Below are positions 52,434-64,000 of a stretch of DNA of 64,000 bases, one piece after another. Numbering within the stretch: the first letter of the stretch is position 1; every line of letters starts with the position of its first letter. The notes under the pieces are model-generated. The model made no database searches, was not told the DNA's origin, and was given only the letters and a program-made list of their open reading frames with translations. Where the stretch lies: NCBI RefSeq assembly GCF_020745735.1, contig NC_083411.1:45751395-45815394 (forward strand), in the 5' to 3' direction. Both the position numbers and the translations under genes were made by a program. This DNA comes from Hemiscyllium ocellatum (taxonomy: Eukaryota).

Positions 52434-53394
52434 GAGTTTTGAGAATATTTGTAGCTTCTGGAGGTTGAGTTTCTGGACGTAAGTTTACTCGCTGAGCTGA
52501 AAGGTTCATTTTCAGATGTTTCATCACCAAACCAGGTAACATCTTCAGTGAACCTCCAGATGAAGCAGTGGTGTTAGTGACCTTCTTTCTATTTATGTAT
52601 TTAGTTTCCTTGGGTTGGTGATTCATTTGCTGTTCTTTTTCTCAGGGACTGGGAAATGGGATCTAAGTCAATGTGCTTGTTGATAGAGTTGCGGTTGAAA
52701 TGCCAGGCTTCTAGGAGTTCTCGTGCATGTCTCTGTTCGGCTTGTCCTAGGATGGATGTGTTGTCCCACTCAAAGTGGTGTCCTTCCTCATCTGGATGTA
52801 AGGCTACTAGTTACAGTGGGTCATGCCTTTTTCTGGCTAGTTGATGTTCATGTATCCTGGTGGCTAGTGTTTGGCCTGTTTGTCCTGTGTAGTGTTTGTT
52901 AAATTCTTGCAAAGTATTTTGTAAATAACATTAGTTTTGCTTGTTGTCTGTTTCGGGCCTTTCAAGTTCATAAGCTGCTGTTTTAGTGTGTTGGTGGGTT
53001 TGTGGGCTACCGTGATGCCACGAGGTCGGAGTAGTCTGGCAGTCATTTCCGATATGTCTTTGATGTGGGGGAGAGTGGCTAGGGTTTCTGGATGCGTTTC
53101 TTCTGCTTGTTTGGGTTTGTTGGGGAAAAATTGGTGGACTGTGTTCATTGGGTACCGATCGTTTTGAATACTTTAAACTCTATGAACAAACATATCGACT
53201 TGGACCCCATTTACCACCCTCTGAAAAATAGAACAGCAAATGACATTACCAACCCAAGGGAACCTAAATACATAAACAGATAGTGGGTCACTAACATCAG
53301 TGCTTCACCAGAGGCTCACTGATGATGTTACCTAGTTAGGTGATGAAACATCTGAAAACAAACCTTCCAGCTCAGCGAGCAAACTTACATCCAG
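52434..53394 (-). mobile_element. Penelope-like element (second family) inserted just upstream of the gene B exon 3 acceptor
   Basis: 13-bp TSD aagcttaaataat (52421-52433, 53395-53407); TLPHIKDISEMTARLLR..NVIYKILC; inverted terminal repeats with hammerhead motifs at 52512-52551 (-) and 53316-53355 (+). Confidence 0.92.
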
Positions 53395-56103
53395 AAGCTT
53401 AAATAATCCCTAGAAATGTTCAGAGCCTCCTAACACACTTAATTTGTCACTGACTATTAAAATGAAATCATTGTTTTAAATATAACTGTTTGTCATGGCC
53501 AATTTCTACAAAAGGTCTTGTGTGAGCAACGAGATGAATGTCAGTCATCCCTCTTACTGATGGACCCATTACATGTAGGTTCATTGCTACCACACTGGAG
53601 GATAATCATAGCCTTTCTCTCTCTTTCTAGAAAGTAGCAATCAAATGTCTACCTCCACACCCCACGTTCCTCTTCATCAGTCTATGAATCACCTTCCTTC
53701 ATTCTCCTAAGCCCTCCCAAAGGGGTGGTTCCAAACTGCTGTTTCTGAGGCTCAAGTGTCGTGATGGATCAAGTGAACGGAGGCTTGGTTAAAGCCCAAA
53801 CCCAGGGCCTTGCTGTTGCAGATACTCCTCTTGTGTTGAAGGACTGAAGAAGAGGAGAGATTAATAGGGTACAGGAGCTGTATACCTGCCTGAATACTTT
53901 CTTTACAAACAATATTGAGTAAGTGTAAAGTGTTGCACTGATTGGTTGTATTCTAGAGGAGGAAGACACAGAAGCTGTTTAGTTTAGGATGGCAAGGCAG
54001 CACGGTCACATGGTATGTGTGTCCTGTTGCATGTGAGAAGTCATGGATGCTATCAGTGACATAACCAACCACAAATGCAGATAATGGAACCAGTCATATA
54101 AACCTGAGCTCTGGGCTTTGCAGTTTGGATTGGCAGCTAGACTCACTATGATGCATCTGCAGGGCTGAGATCAAGGTGAATAGCATGTTCACAGAGGTAG
54201 TCAAACTGCAGGCTAGGATCTTGTAGACAGAAGGGACATGGGTGACTATCAAACAGTCCTAGAAAACCAGGAAGAGAACCCTAATTAATTTTCTAGTTTG
54301 GATATTGATGAAGGCATTTATGAGTGCAGTCAGAGACAAGTTCATGGCTCTATGGGTGGTTCAGCTGGACAAGAGGAGAGAATGATAAAGGATTCATTAG
54401 TTAAGAGGACTGGCATTTGTGTTACTCCCTGATACCAGGGCCAACAGTGTCATTAGTGATTGCAGGACATTCTTCTGGGAGAAGCTGAACTGGTGGAGGT
54501 CGTGGTGATTGTGACTTGGGTAGGGACAGCAACTTTCAGGGAGCTGGAAACGAGATTGAAAAGCAGGGGCACTTGAGCAGTAACTTCAGAATTCCTTCCG
54601 TCTCATCTGAGAGTCATTATAGAATTAGGAAAATGGAGCTTATGGCTGGGGAATCTTGTGGAGAGAGGGAGAGCAGGGAGAAGACGAGCATCTTTGTAGG
54701 GAGATTCACTTGTGCTGCTGGGGGTTTAATGTGGTTTAGAAAGGGAATGGGAAGCTGAGAAACTCCAATTTGAGTGAAACAAATCCCCCCAAAAAATTCC
54801 GAATTATAGGCACTGCATCTGAAGGCATGCTGTGCGGCATTCACAAAAGATTAATAACGTGAAAGGACAATTTGAGGTAAATGAGTTAATTGCTATTATG
54901 GAGTTGTGGTTCCACGTGTACTAAATTTGGAAGGTGAATATCCAAGGATATTTAGCATTTATGAAGGACAGGCAAAACGGAAGTGGCAGAAACTTCTGAT
55001 CAGAGATGAAATCAATACATTAGTAAGACAGGATCTTAGGCCAAAGGAACAATATGTAAAATCAATTTGGGTGGAGCCATGAAACAGCAAAAGGTAGCAA
55101 ACATCGGTGGGAGTTGTTTATCTGTCACCATAACACGCATGATTATAAGATACAGGAGCAGAATTAGGCCATTGGGACCATCAGGACTGCTCCACCATTT
55201 GATCATGGCTGATATGTTTCTCAACATCATCCTCCTGCCAAGTTCCTGTAACCGTTGATTCCCATTGCCTTCCCTCCTTTTTCAAAGGAATTAGCTTAGA
55301 AAAAGTTGTAATCCTGATGATTGCAATTTCAAAACCAAGTGAAGGACCAAGAAAAGATTTAAAAATGGAAAAGAGAATCATGAAAGTAAACAAGCAAGGA
55401 ATTTCAGGGTAATCTATAACAGTTTCTTCAGGTATGTTAAATGGAAAATAAACTAGCTCCAACAAATGTAGGCAAATTGCAGTTGGAGTTTGAAGAACAG
55501 GCAGAGAAACTAAATGGTTACTGTGTCTGCCTTTGTAGAAGATACAAAAAAATCTCCCAGAAATACAAACAGACGAAGAGAGTATGGAACTGAGTGACTG
55601 AAAGAAATAAGCATTCATAAACATTTAATGCTGGAAAAGTTAACTTCATTGAAGGCTAGTAACTTTCCTGGACCAGGTTAGCTTCATCCCAGACGGATAC
55701 TCAATGTATTGGTGATTATCTTTCAAAATTCTGCAGATTCTGAAAACATTCCTATGGACTGAGAAGAGCAATGTTACACCATTATTCACAAAGGGAGGAA
55801 GAGGGAGAGCTGTTACCTTGACACCACTCACTGTTAAAATCTGTAAAAGATGTAATAAGTGGCTATTTGAAAAGAATGATAGAATTGTTCAGTGTCAACA
55901 TAGACTTGTGAAGGGGAAGTCTTGTTGACAAACTCATTGGTGTTTCTTTGAGGTGATTACTTTTAGCATTGATCCAGGAGAATCAGTGGGTTAGCTCCCT
56001 TTTGATAAGGTCCTATGTGGGTTTGTGAATGAAATTAGAAGGCATGGGGTTGGGGCAAAACATATAAATATAGCTAACAGTGAGAAAGCAGAAATTAGGA
56101 ATA

Positions 56104-56987
56104 CCGAACAACCTCAATTATCTGAGCAAGATACATTAAAGAGGAGTTACCGACACTGGTGTGCCGATTGCATCTTTTGTTTACAATGATGCAAAGTGAA
56201 GTTGGATAATCTGTACTGAAGAACATGTGGAAACTCTAGCAAAAACAAAGAAGCACAAGTACCAGCAACGGAATTTTTTTTAACATAAGAGTTAGCTGCA
56301 CAGCTCTTTGCAAAAGTAAGTGCTTTATTCCTGTCACTTTACCAGGCCACTCATGGAAAATAAGATAAAGAAAGTAAATGCATGAGCGAGGCGCTGCTTC
56401 TGTTTTTCTATCGTGATACTGCGTTCAGTGGGAACTGACAAATGCTCTTGTGATTGTAGAAGCTGTTCAGGACCTTGTTTAATGCTGGGATTTTCATATT
56501 TATGTGACAGTCAGGGTTTCATCCTTCTCAGTTTAACCAGACTTGTGCAACATGCTCCACGCAGCCTGGAATGTTGTTCTAGTGTTATTTCCTATTGCTA
56601 TAATCACAAGATACTTCCGAATAAAACATTTTAAAATTCTGCAATTTGCAGAATGCAAACATTAGTTAGTTTAAATAGCAGACTCATCAAAATTATAGAT
56701 TTAAACAGAGTCTCCAGTAGAGCACAACATTACATCCTCTACTTTCCTCCATAAATACGTAGAGTGCTTCAGGAATATTTCAGGATTTGATCTCCATTTA
56801 AGCAATATCCAGTGTTTGTATACATTTTAAATTGATTTACTGAAACAAAAACTCTGCAAACCATGCTTTTTTTTACATTTTGTGTTCAGTATGGCTTCTT
56901 TTGTTTACGATCAGGTGAGTTATCTGAACAGTTACCCAGACAAAATACTCCCCACCCGTCTCGTTCGGATAAATCAAGGTTGCTCTG
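56104..56987. mobile_element. Tigger/pogo-like non-autonomous DNA transposon; copy 2 only
   Basis: TA on both sides; imperfect TIRs ccgaacaacctcaattatctgagc / gttcggataaatcaaggttgctctg; empty site at ~26636. Confidence 0.7.
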
Positions 56988-57257
56988 TAAATAGATTATT
57001 GTCAAAAGTCAGACTGTTTACCAGTGGGATTTGGTAAGGATCACCACTTGATCCATGGCTGTTCACAAGATGCATAAATGGTGTGGATTTGGAGATCAGT
57101 TGTCAGATTTCCAAAGTTGCTGAAGATACCAAACTGAAATAAGTTATGAAGAGGATACAAGGAGGCCTCAACACGTCTTGGACAGGCTCAGTGAATGGAC
57201 TAAAGTATGACAGACAATAACAGCATAGCATGTGGAGCAGAGTCGGCCATTCAGCCC

Positions 57258-57337
57258 AGAGGAAAGATATTTAAAATCGATTATCCGAGCGAAATTGTGC
57301 CCGCCCATCTCGTTTGGATAATCGAGGTTCCTCTGTA
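57258..57337. mobile_element. End fragment of the same Tigger-like family, at a deletion junction
   Basis: ggataatcgaggttcctctg|ta; replaces ~700 bp present in copy 1 (~26908-27630). Confidence 0.6.
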
Positions 57338-58058
57338 TTCAACTCCTTTATCCAAAGTCATTAATTTATAATGTATATAATCATGGCCCCAGCATTGATC
57401 CCTCTGGCACTCCACTGGTTACAGTGAGAATTCCCTCATTATCCTAACTTTCTATATTCTTGATTTGCTAGCCAATCCTCTGTGCATACACATATACACC
57501 ATCAATACCATGGGCTCTTGTCTTAATCAGTGGACCTATGGGCAATACCTTATAGAACATCTTTTTGAAAATGCAAATATATGGCACCTTGTGCTTCCTG
57601 TTTATCCACCTGGCTGAATGCCTCCTGGAACAATTCTAATAAAAAAGGTGTCTGGTAAGATTTCCCTTTTGGAAAGCAATGCTGTCTTTGCTTGATTGCT
57701 TAGAGTCAACATTTTTCCAATGACAGTTGTTAAAATGGAATTGCACAGGGATTTGAGACCAGGTATAAAGATCCACTTCTATAAATCATGAGAGCCCAGT
57801 TAGCGTATTGCGTCTAGTTTTAGTCTCCGTTAAAGGAGAGATATACATTCGTTGAGGGAATGCAATGGAAGTTCATCACATTAATCTTGCGATGGTAGGA
57901 TTGTCATTTGAGGAGGAATTGAAGAAACTACATTTTGCATAAGGGTTGACTACATTGTCTCTGTTAAAAAAATCTGATCAAACATGACAGGTATTTATAT
58001 ATATATATGATGGCTTTTGAGTCTAAAATCTGGAACATAGTCTCCAGTTAAAAGGGAG

Positions 58059-58237
58059 TAAAAAGTGAGGTCTGCAGATGCTGGAGATCAGAGCTGAAAA
58101 TGTGTTGCTGGTTAAAGCGCAGCAGGTCAGGCAGCCCTTCATCAGGAATCATGAAGGGCTCATGCCCGAAACGTCGAATTTCCTGTTCCTTGGATGCTGC
58201 CTGACCTGCTGTGCTTTAACCAGCAACACATTTTCAG
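58059..58237. mobile_element. Short fold-back Penelope-derived insertion; copy 2 only
   Basis: 17-bp TSD ctccagttaaaagggag; empty site at ~28333. Confidence 0.88.
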
Positions 58238-58518
58238 CTCCAGTTAAAAGGGAGGCCATTTAAGAGGAGGAGGAATTCCTTCACTTAGATGGTGTTAGGT
58301 TGTTGTAAATTGCTGTCCCAGAGGGATGTGGAAGCTCAATCATGGAGCATATTCATGACAGAAATCAATTCAGTTCTGCAGAACAATCACATGGAGATCA
58401 TGAGGACCTAACCATGATCTAATTTACTGGAAGACCAGGCTCCATGAGCTGAATGGCCTTTTCCTGTTTCTATGTTCCTTTGAGCCTATGACAGAATACG
58501 AGGAGTTTCTTGACCAAC

Positions 58519-58538
58519 CTGGAGCTGGCTCCTCCCAT
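58519..58538 (-). CDS. irgc-like: IRG gene B, coding part of exon 2 (MGGASS-R); exon 2 spans 58684-58519
   Basis: Identical ATGGGAGGAGCCAGCTCCAG|GTTGGT; acceptor ctctctctactctccctctaacag. Spliced CDS is 1284 nt = 427 aa. Confidence 0.88.
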
Positions 58539-59237
58539 CCTCCTTCTGTGTCTCTCACTGCTTTCCCCGTCTGACTGCCCAGTGATTCCAGAGAACCCTC
58601 CTCACATGGGGGGGGGAGGGGCCAGAGGGTCGTAGCTCCTCCCACGATGTCACTTCTTCGTCTTTGGTTGTGTTCGGTTTTCTCCTGTTAGAGGGAGAGT
58701 AGAGAGAGTGAGTCGCAGCACCTTATTCGCCATCAGATAAAGTACAAGACTGGTGTGAGGAACCCCGTCCTTAATCAGAGTGAGGACAGGAACATGAACT
58801 TCATCCCAGAACATTTTACATCTTCACCCAGTCAGTGTGTGAGGGAAGGAGTGAGTTGTTAGATGTGTTTCACCTTCAATATTTTCAGGAAATTGCTCTC
58901 TTTGGGGAAACAGAGAAGGCAGGCTGAGTGGAAAATAGAAAAATATTGTGAGTGCAGGCTTTACTGTACAAATAAAGTTGTCTGAATGACCCTCCCTTTG
59001 ATTAATGTGTAAATTGGCTGGTATCTGGTGGTGATGTGCAGACACTGTGTGGCAAATTGCTACAAAGTTCCTGATGATTTGCCCCATTCCAGCTTTAGCC
59101 TCATGAACATGGCATTTTATGCTTCATTTCACCCATGGTTTTCATGATGTTGCTCCATTTACATATGAACTGGCCACAAATCTATTTGTTACTGAAAATC
59201 ACAAAATGGCTGATTTGTTACATCGGTAAAAACAAGG

Positions 59238-59595
59238 GCTGCACATGCTGGAAACCAGAGTCTAAATTAGAGTGGTGCTGGAAAAGCACAGCAGGAGCAG
59301 GAAAATCGACATTTCGGGCAAAAGCCCTTCATCAGGAATAGAGGCAGAGTGCCTGCAAAGTGGAGAGATAAATGAGAGGGGGATGGGGTGGGCAGAAAGT
59401 AGCATAGAGTTCAATAGGTGAATGGGGGTGGGGATGGAGCTGATAGGTCAGAGAGGAGGGTGGAGTGGATAGGTGGAAAGGAAAATAGGCAGGTAGTACA
59501 AGTCATGGAGACGGTGCTGTGCTGGAAGGTTGGAGCTGGGGTGAGGTGAAGGTGAAGCGGAAAGGGAAATGAGGAAACTGGTGAAATCCGCATTG
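59238..59595 (-). mobile_element. Penelope 3' fragment in intron 1 of gene B, with a hammerhead motif at 59304-59339
   Basis: AUUC-CUGAUGA-AGGGCUUUUGCCC-GAAAU-GUC-GAUU. Confidence 0.75.
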
Positions 59596-60052
59596 CGAGT
59601 CTGTTTCAGGACATAAAAGTATTTTTAAGCCAACGAGATATGCGCACTCAGCATTCGCACCCAAAAAAGTTTAAATTAATTTCATGCGTTTGTTTTTAAA
59701 CCCTACGGATAAGAAGAAACAAGATGATTTGTCCATATTGCCAAAGACTCCGAAGCAGTTTCTCAATGTTAACTTTCTGCCGAGTACAGTCTCCACATCC
59801 TGTCACTTGAAAACAACTCACTCCCTTCTCAACAGCACGACGAGACATTTTCTACAGTTTGCTCCGGGAACAGTTTCGCTTAGATTTGGCCTCCTGAAGA
59901 ATTCTTATTGTAAAACTTCAGAGTTCGAGGGGTGAAGCAGATCGATAGAGCCAGACTCTGCCCAAGTTGTGCTGTAATCCTGTTTAAATTTAAATGCAAT
60001 TCTCTCTGAATGTGACAGCTGCACTGTTTTGTTTCCATTTCCTGGTCCTTAC

Positions 60053-60148
60053 CTGCACTGTTTCCGTGGAGGGGGTGAATTTCTCCGTGTAGTTCACACT
60101 GAATGCACACCGAGATGTCTGTGATCTCGGCGTCGCACTCACTTTGTC
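60053..60148 (-). other. IRG gene B, putative non-coding exon 1
   Basis: Donor CAG|GTAAGG at 60053/60052; TATA-like tatttaaata at 60168-60177; CCAAT at 60211-60215. The start site is approximate. Confidence 0.72.
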
Positions 60149-60455
60149 AGGAAACAAGGAATCTGGATATTTAAATACAAATTTTGAAGGTCAATGCACA
60201 GCAAATCTGACCAATGAAAATCAAAGGCCAAGCAAGGTCACTTGTTACTGGGGAGATTTTGCTTTTACAGGTTACACAAAAAATGAGAATATAAACAAAA
60301 CACAACTTTACCCCAGACAAGAAGTTGGGAACTGGTATCTGCTTGAATTTCAGATGCAGTCACTGGGCTGGATAGTTGGAGATGGGTGGGTTCAAACAAT
60401 TCCTATTTGACGAAATGACTTTGCTCTGTTTAAAAGTAGCCCTTTAGCTCCATGA

Positions 60456-60473
60456 AGTTTCACTTTCAGGGAA
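60456..60473. promoter_or_regulatory. Overlapping ISRE + GAS element (gene B promoter)
   Basis: agtttcactttcagggaa; the C>A change keeps both consensus patterns. Confidence 0.8.
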
Positions 60474-60656
60474 TTCAGTTCATGAAAAGAATCTGTACAT
60501 CACTCAGCTGAGGAACACGTCAGCAGTTTCGATTGAAATTTCACCAACAAACAAAGATCAAACACCAGCCAACACTTAACCGGTTAAAGGACAAACGGCT
60601 CCTCAAAGCAAACCCATCAATCTCTGATTATAAAAACATTTTTAATCCATCTGTTC

Positions 60657-62107
60657 TGATGGACTTTAGGCTCAATCTACAAACTTATTTTCTTTTATGT
60701 GTGAGCCAAGTCCTGCGTGCTCTTTAAATAAAGCAATAGGAAAAAATATTTAATCTTACACTTCTGGTTTTACTCTATCAGTAAGTGGATAAAGTATACA
60801 GAGCTCTGGGTCTAAACCTTTCTGTCCCTGACAAACTACTAAGTAAGTCAGTTCACAAAGAACAAAGATGTATTCCTGCCCCGACCCAGTCTTTTATACC
60901 ATACAAAACATCATACCATCACTCAAGTGAGATTGTCTTCTAATTGGCTGTTGCTCTGACTCCATTCCCCGCCTCCTCGCATTCCCGGATGTCCGATCCC
61001 ACGTGACCCTCCTTTGTCTCTGAAAAGGAGCACCATGTGGCCTCCTTTCGGGCACGAAACGGCAGACTCGCAAACTTCCGGGGCGCGAAACGGCCAATCA
61101 CGTGACCTCCCGGCACTCTTCCGGAATGAGAAACAGGGAGACCACGTGACCAAGCCTGCGTCTCGGAGCATCACATGATCATCCTCTGCGCATGCATCAG
61201 AGGATCACGTGACCTCCGAGCGCCAAGGACACGCCCACTCAGACTCTACAATTTATTTTCCTGGTAAGTTTTATATATATATAATATGGAATTTTATATA
61301 TATATATGGAATTCAATGTAGCTAAGTGTGAAGTCATTCACTTTGGTAGGAGTAACAAGAGGATGGATTACTGGGCTAATGGTAGGCTACTTGGTCGTGT
61401 GGATGAGCAGAGGGATCTTGGTGTCCATGTACACAGATCTCTGAAAGTTGCCACCCAGGTAAATACTGCTGTGAGGAAGGCATATGGTGTACTGGGCTTT
61501 ATTGGTAGAGGAATTGAGTTCCGGAGTCCTGAGGTCATGTTGCAACTGTATAAGACTCTGGTGCGGCCTCATCTGGAGTATTGTGTGCAGTTTTGGTCGC
61601 CATACTATAGGAAGGATGTGGAGGCATTGGAACGAGTGCAGAGGAGGTTTACCAGCATGTTGCCTGGAATGGTAGGAAAATCTTATGAGGAAAGGCTGAG
61701 GCACTTGGGGCTGTTCTCATTGGAGAAGAGAAGGTTTAGGGGAGATTTGATAGAGGTGTATAAGATGATTAGGGGTTTAGATAGGGTCGACACTGAGAAC
61801 CTTTTACCGCTAATGGAGTCAGGTGTTACTAGGGGACACAGCTTTAAATTAAGGGGTGGTAGGTATAGGACAGATGTTAGGGGTAGATTCTTTACGCAGC
61901 GGGTTGTGAGTTCATGGAATGCCCTGCCAGTAGCAGTGGTGAACTCTCCTTCTTTATGGTCATTTAAGCGGGCACTGGATAGGCATTTGGAAGTTATTGG
62001 GCTAGTGTAGGTTAGGTAGGATTCGGTCGGCGCAACATCGAGGGCCGAAGGGCCTGTACTGCGCTGTATCTTTCTATGTTCTATGTTCTATGTTCTATAT
62101 ATTCACA
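60657..62107 (-). mobile_element. ERV 3' LTR (~655 bp without the nested CR1)
   Basis: On the minus strand PPT AAAAGGGGGAGT (62119-62108) is followed by TG at 62107. The LTR ends in CA at 60657, exactly where promoter homology resumes. CCAAT ~60945, TATAAAA ~60892-60898, ATTAAA 60749-60754. Confidence 0.85.
61306..62097 (+). mobile_element. Young CR1 3' fragment nested in a TA run of the ERV LTR
   Basis: Uninterrupted 234-aa ORF2 C-terminus, nearly identical to the 41927-44317 element; (ttctatg)3 tail. Confidence 0.95.
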
Positions 62108-62151
62108 ACTCCCCCTTTTGGTCTCATGAAAATGAGACCAACAAACCAGTT

Positions 62152-63410
62152 TTATGCATCACATTCACTCTCCGACACATAGTCCTCCCCTCTTGCCAGT
62201 GCCATGGTTTCCGCCGCTATTTGTGACATCTGGTAGGGTGGTGGAGCCTTCCCTTCAATTGCTGTAATAATTACCCTGTTCAACAAAGATCTGATACAGG
62301 GGATACAACAACATCCACACAACACGAACACAATGGTCATACCAGCTAGGGACATAAACACACACAATTAATCCTTTCCATTTCCCTACCCAGGAATCGA
62401 AAATGCCTCCTAGAGGGTTGTCAATACCTGAATGTTCATGCATTTCTTCAGACAAGGTTCTTAATCCTTCCAGGGCTCTGATTACCGAGCCATCAGGGGC
62501 TGTATTGTTGGGGATGAATGTACATTGATCTCCAAACATAGCGCACACTCCCCCTTTTCTGCCAACAACGTATCTAAGGCCATTCTATTTTGTACTGTCA
62601 TCAATGATGTCTCTGCCAGTTGTTCAGAGAGTCCCGCCATGGCGTCTCTAGTTCTATTGGCTAGCCTGAGTACATTGTAATGTACATAATTAATTCAATC
62701 AACGTTTTTATTCGGTGTAACTGGGAATAAAGCACTAATAATTGGGAGGTTCTCGAATCCTGTTGTTACCTGGTCTACCAACTTATATTCATGAGGTACG
62801 CCGCGGGGAACCCCTATTACAAAATAAAAGCTTCTGTCATCAATTCTACAGTAAATCTGTACCTTTTCAGAACCAGGATTAATGTTGAATCTTGTCAGGG
62901 TTAACAAGAGTGGATTTTTTAGCTCTTAGAATTGACCAAGTTGCCCCTTTGTCAGGCTCACATGGTCTCTAACCTCCCATCTATTATCCAAGGGTGACGA
63001 CTTCTTAGGTTTCCATTGTACCCTAGTCCATGTTACTACATTATCCCACGAAGGGCATGGGTCATAGTAAATAGTGTAGATACAAAGATATACATCATAC
63101 TCCCTCCAGTTCCCTGTATTTTGGCCACAGTCAATTTACTTGACATAAGTCAAACTGGTATATCAGTATATTGTATCACGCTTTTTATCATGTCTAATGT
63201 CTACCCGGCTCCCTTAACATTTGTCCATCTCTTGTCCCGCTGATCTCTTATTCCTGGGACTCTCTACTCGTCTGTGTGTTTGTCCCTCGCGGTTGATGCC
63301 CTTATTAACAGTATCATAACACTTATACCTAAAATAGTAAACACTCCCAACCTTAACGGCCTAGGATAATGTGGGCTAGTTACTAAAATAAACATGACAT
63401 TCGTGACACA
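62152..63410 (-). pseudogene. env: ERV env remnant (gamma-type TM; frameshifted, SU largely deleted)
   Basis: Immunosuppressive-domain-like VQNRMALDTLLAEKGG, eroded CX6CC (CAMFGDQC-TFIPNN), TM followed by CGCCCIPC. Confidence 0.85.
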
Positions 63411-63422
63411 AAAATTAAAAGT

Positions 63423-64000
63423 TTAAGACCCTTTTACTCTTTTTCTGTTCTTATTTGTTCTAGAGTTCTCGTTGGCGGGTCTGTGGCCGCACACTGGCTC
63501 CAATGGTACCAAGTGTCTCCTTTCCCTTGTAGTCGAACCGCATGAGATGTCCTTTCCACCACCTTGTAAGGTCCTGTCTACCGTGGCTCCAACCATTTCC
63601 GTTTGATCACCTTCAGCAGGACCCACTCTGTGGTGGATGGCGCCTGGCTCTGTAGGTCCCCCTTTTCCGATCCAACCTGTTTAGAGAAAGCTGAGACCAA
63701 AGCTGTTAGTTGATCATTATAAGGTTTGTACCTTATTGAGACTCCTCTCTCTATCATCTGTATTCCAGCTCCTGGTCCTGGAAACTGCTGCCCTGTTGTT
63801 AGCTCGTACGGGTTAAACCCTGTAATAGAGTTTACTGAGCTGCTAATGGACATTAAGGCTAAAGGTAGGGCATCCACCCAGCTTAACTTCGTTTGTGCAC
63901 ACACTTTTCCTATTTTCCCCTTTATGGACTGGTTCATTCTCTCCACTTTTCCCTGTGACTGAGGATGGTACACCGTTCCTAAAGCTGCTTCTACTTCTTG
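63423..64000 (-). pseudogene. pol: ERV pol, integrase C-terminal part (continues beyond window)
   Basis: YHPQSQGKVERMN..WVDALPLALM..PYEL; frameshift near the GPY motif. Confidence 0.88.

Larger units (their letters stand above)
30900..58713. repeat. Segmental duplication unit, copy 2
   Basis: Colinear with 1-28805 apart from copy-specific TE insertions and deletions. Confidence 0.97.
59628..60656. repeat. Third copy of the IRG promoter/exon 1 block
   Basis: gccaacgagatatgcgcactcagc...tccatctgttc matches 3415-4446 almost exactly; interrupted at 60657 by an ERV LTR. Confidence 0.97.

Noticed and set aside
51145-52626. 493-aa single-exon IRG as called by the ORF track
   Set aside because: The N-terminal ~72 aa come from a TSD-flanked Penelope insertion and intron sequence; a conserved acceptor and phase-matched upstream exon explain the gene better.

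Overview
Vertebrate genomic DNA, most likely a cartilaginous fish (HE1-like SINEs, abundant CR1 and Penelope-like elements; inference). The window is a tandem array of immunity-related GTPase genes (IRG / p47, interferon-inducible GTPase 5-like, GKS type) on the minus strand, built from a ~31 kb segmental duplication (1-28805 is paralogous to 30900-58713, and a third copy of the promoter block is at 59628-60656). The ORF track misses the gene structure, which I read as three exons: a non-coding exon 1 behind a TATA/CCAAT promoter and an overlapping ISRE+GAS element; an exon 2 ending in 20 coding nt (MGGASS-R, an N-myristoylation signal); and a long exon 3 with the GTPase. Gene A (34.8k->28.7k->19.1-17.85k, 419 aa) and gene B (60.1k->58.6k->52.4-51.1k, 427 aa) are complete. 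A third gene (gene 0) has only its promoter and exon 1 in the window. Two of the three promoters have been altered by retroelements. In gene A a fold-back Penelope-derived element, carrying a hammerhead ribozyme core and a G-rich minisatellite, sits at the predicted start site. Gene B has a co-oriented endogenous retrovirus 3' LTR about 180 bp upstream of its ISRE/GAS, resembling the ERV9 promoter of human IRGM. The rest is CR1 LINEs (two young copies), Penelope-like elements, decayed Gypsy elements, SINEs, Tc1/pogo-type DNA elements and the 3' end of an ERV (integrase, env, PPT, LTR).
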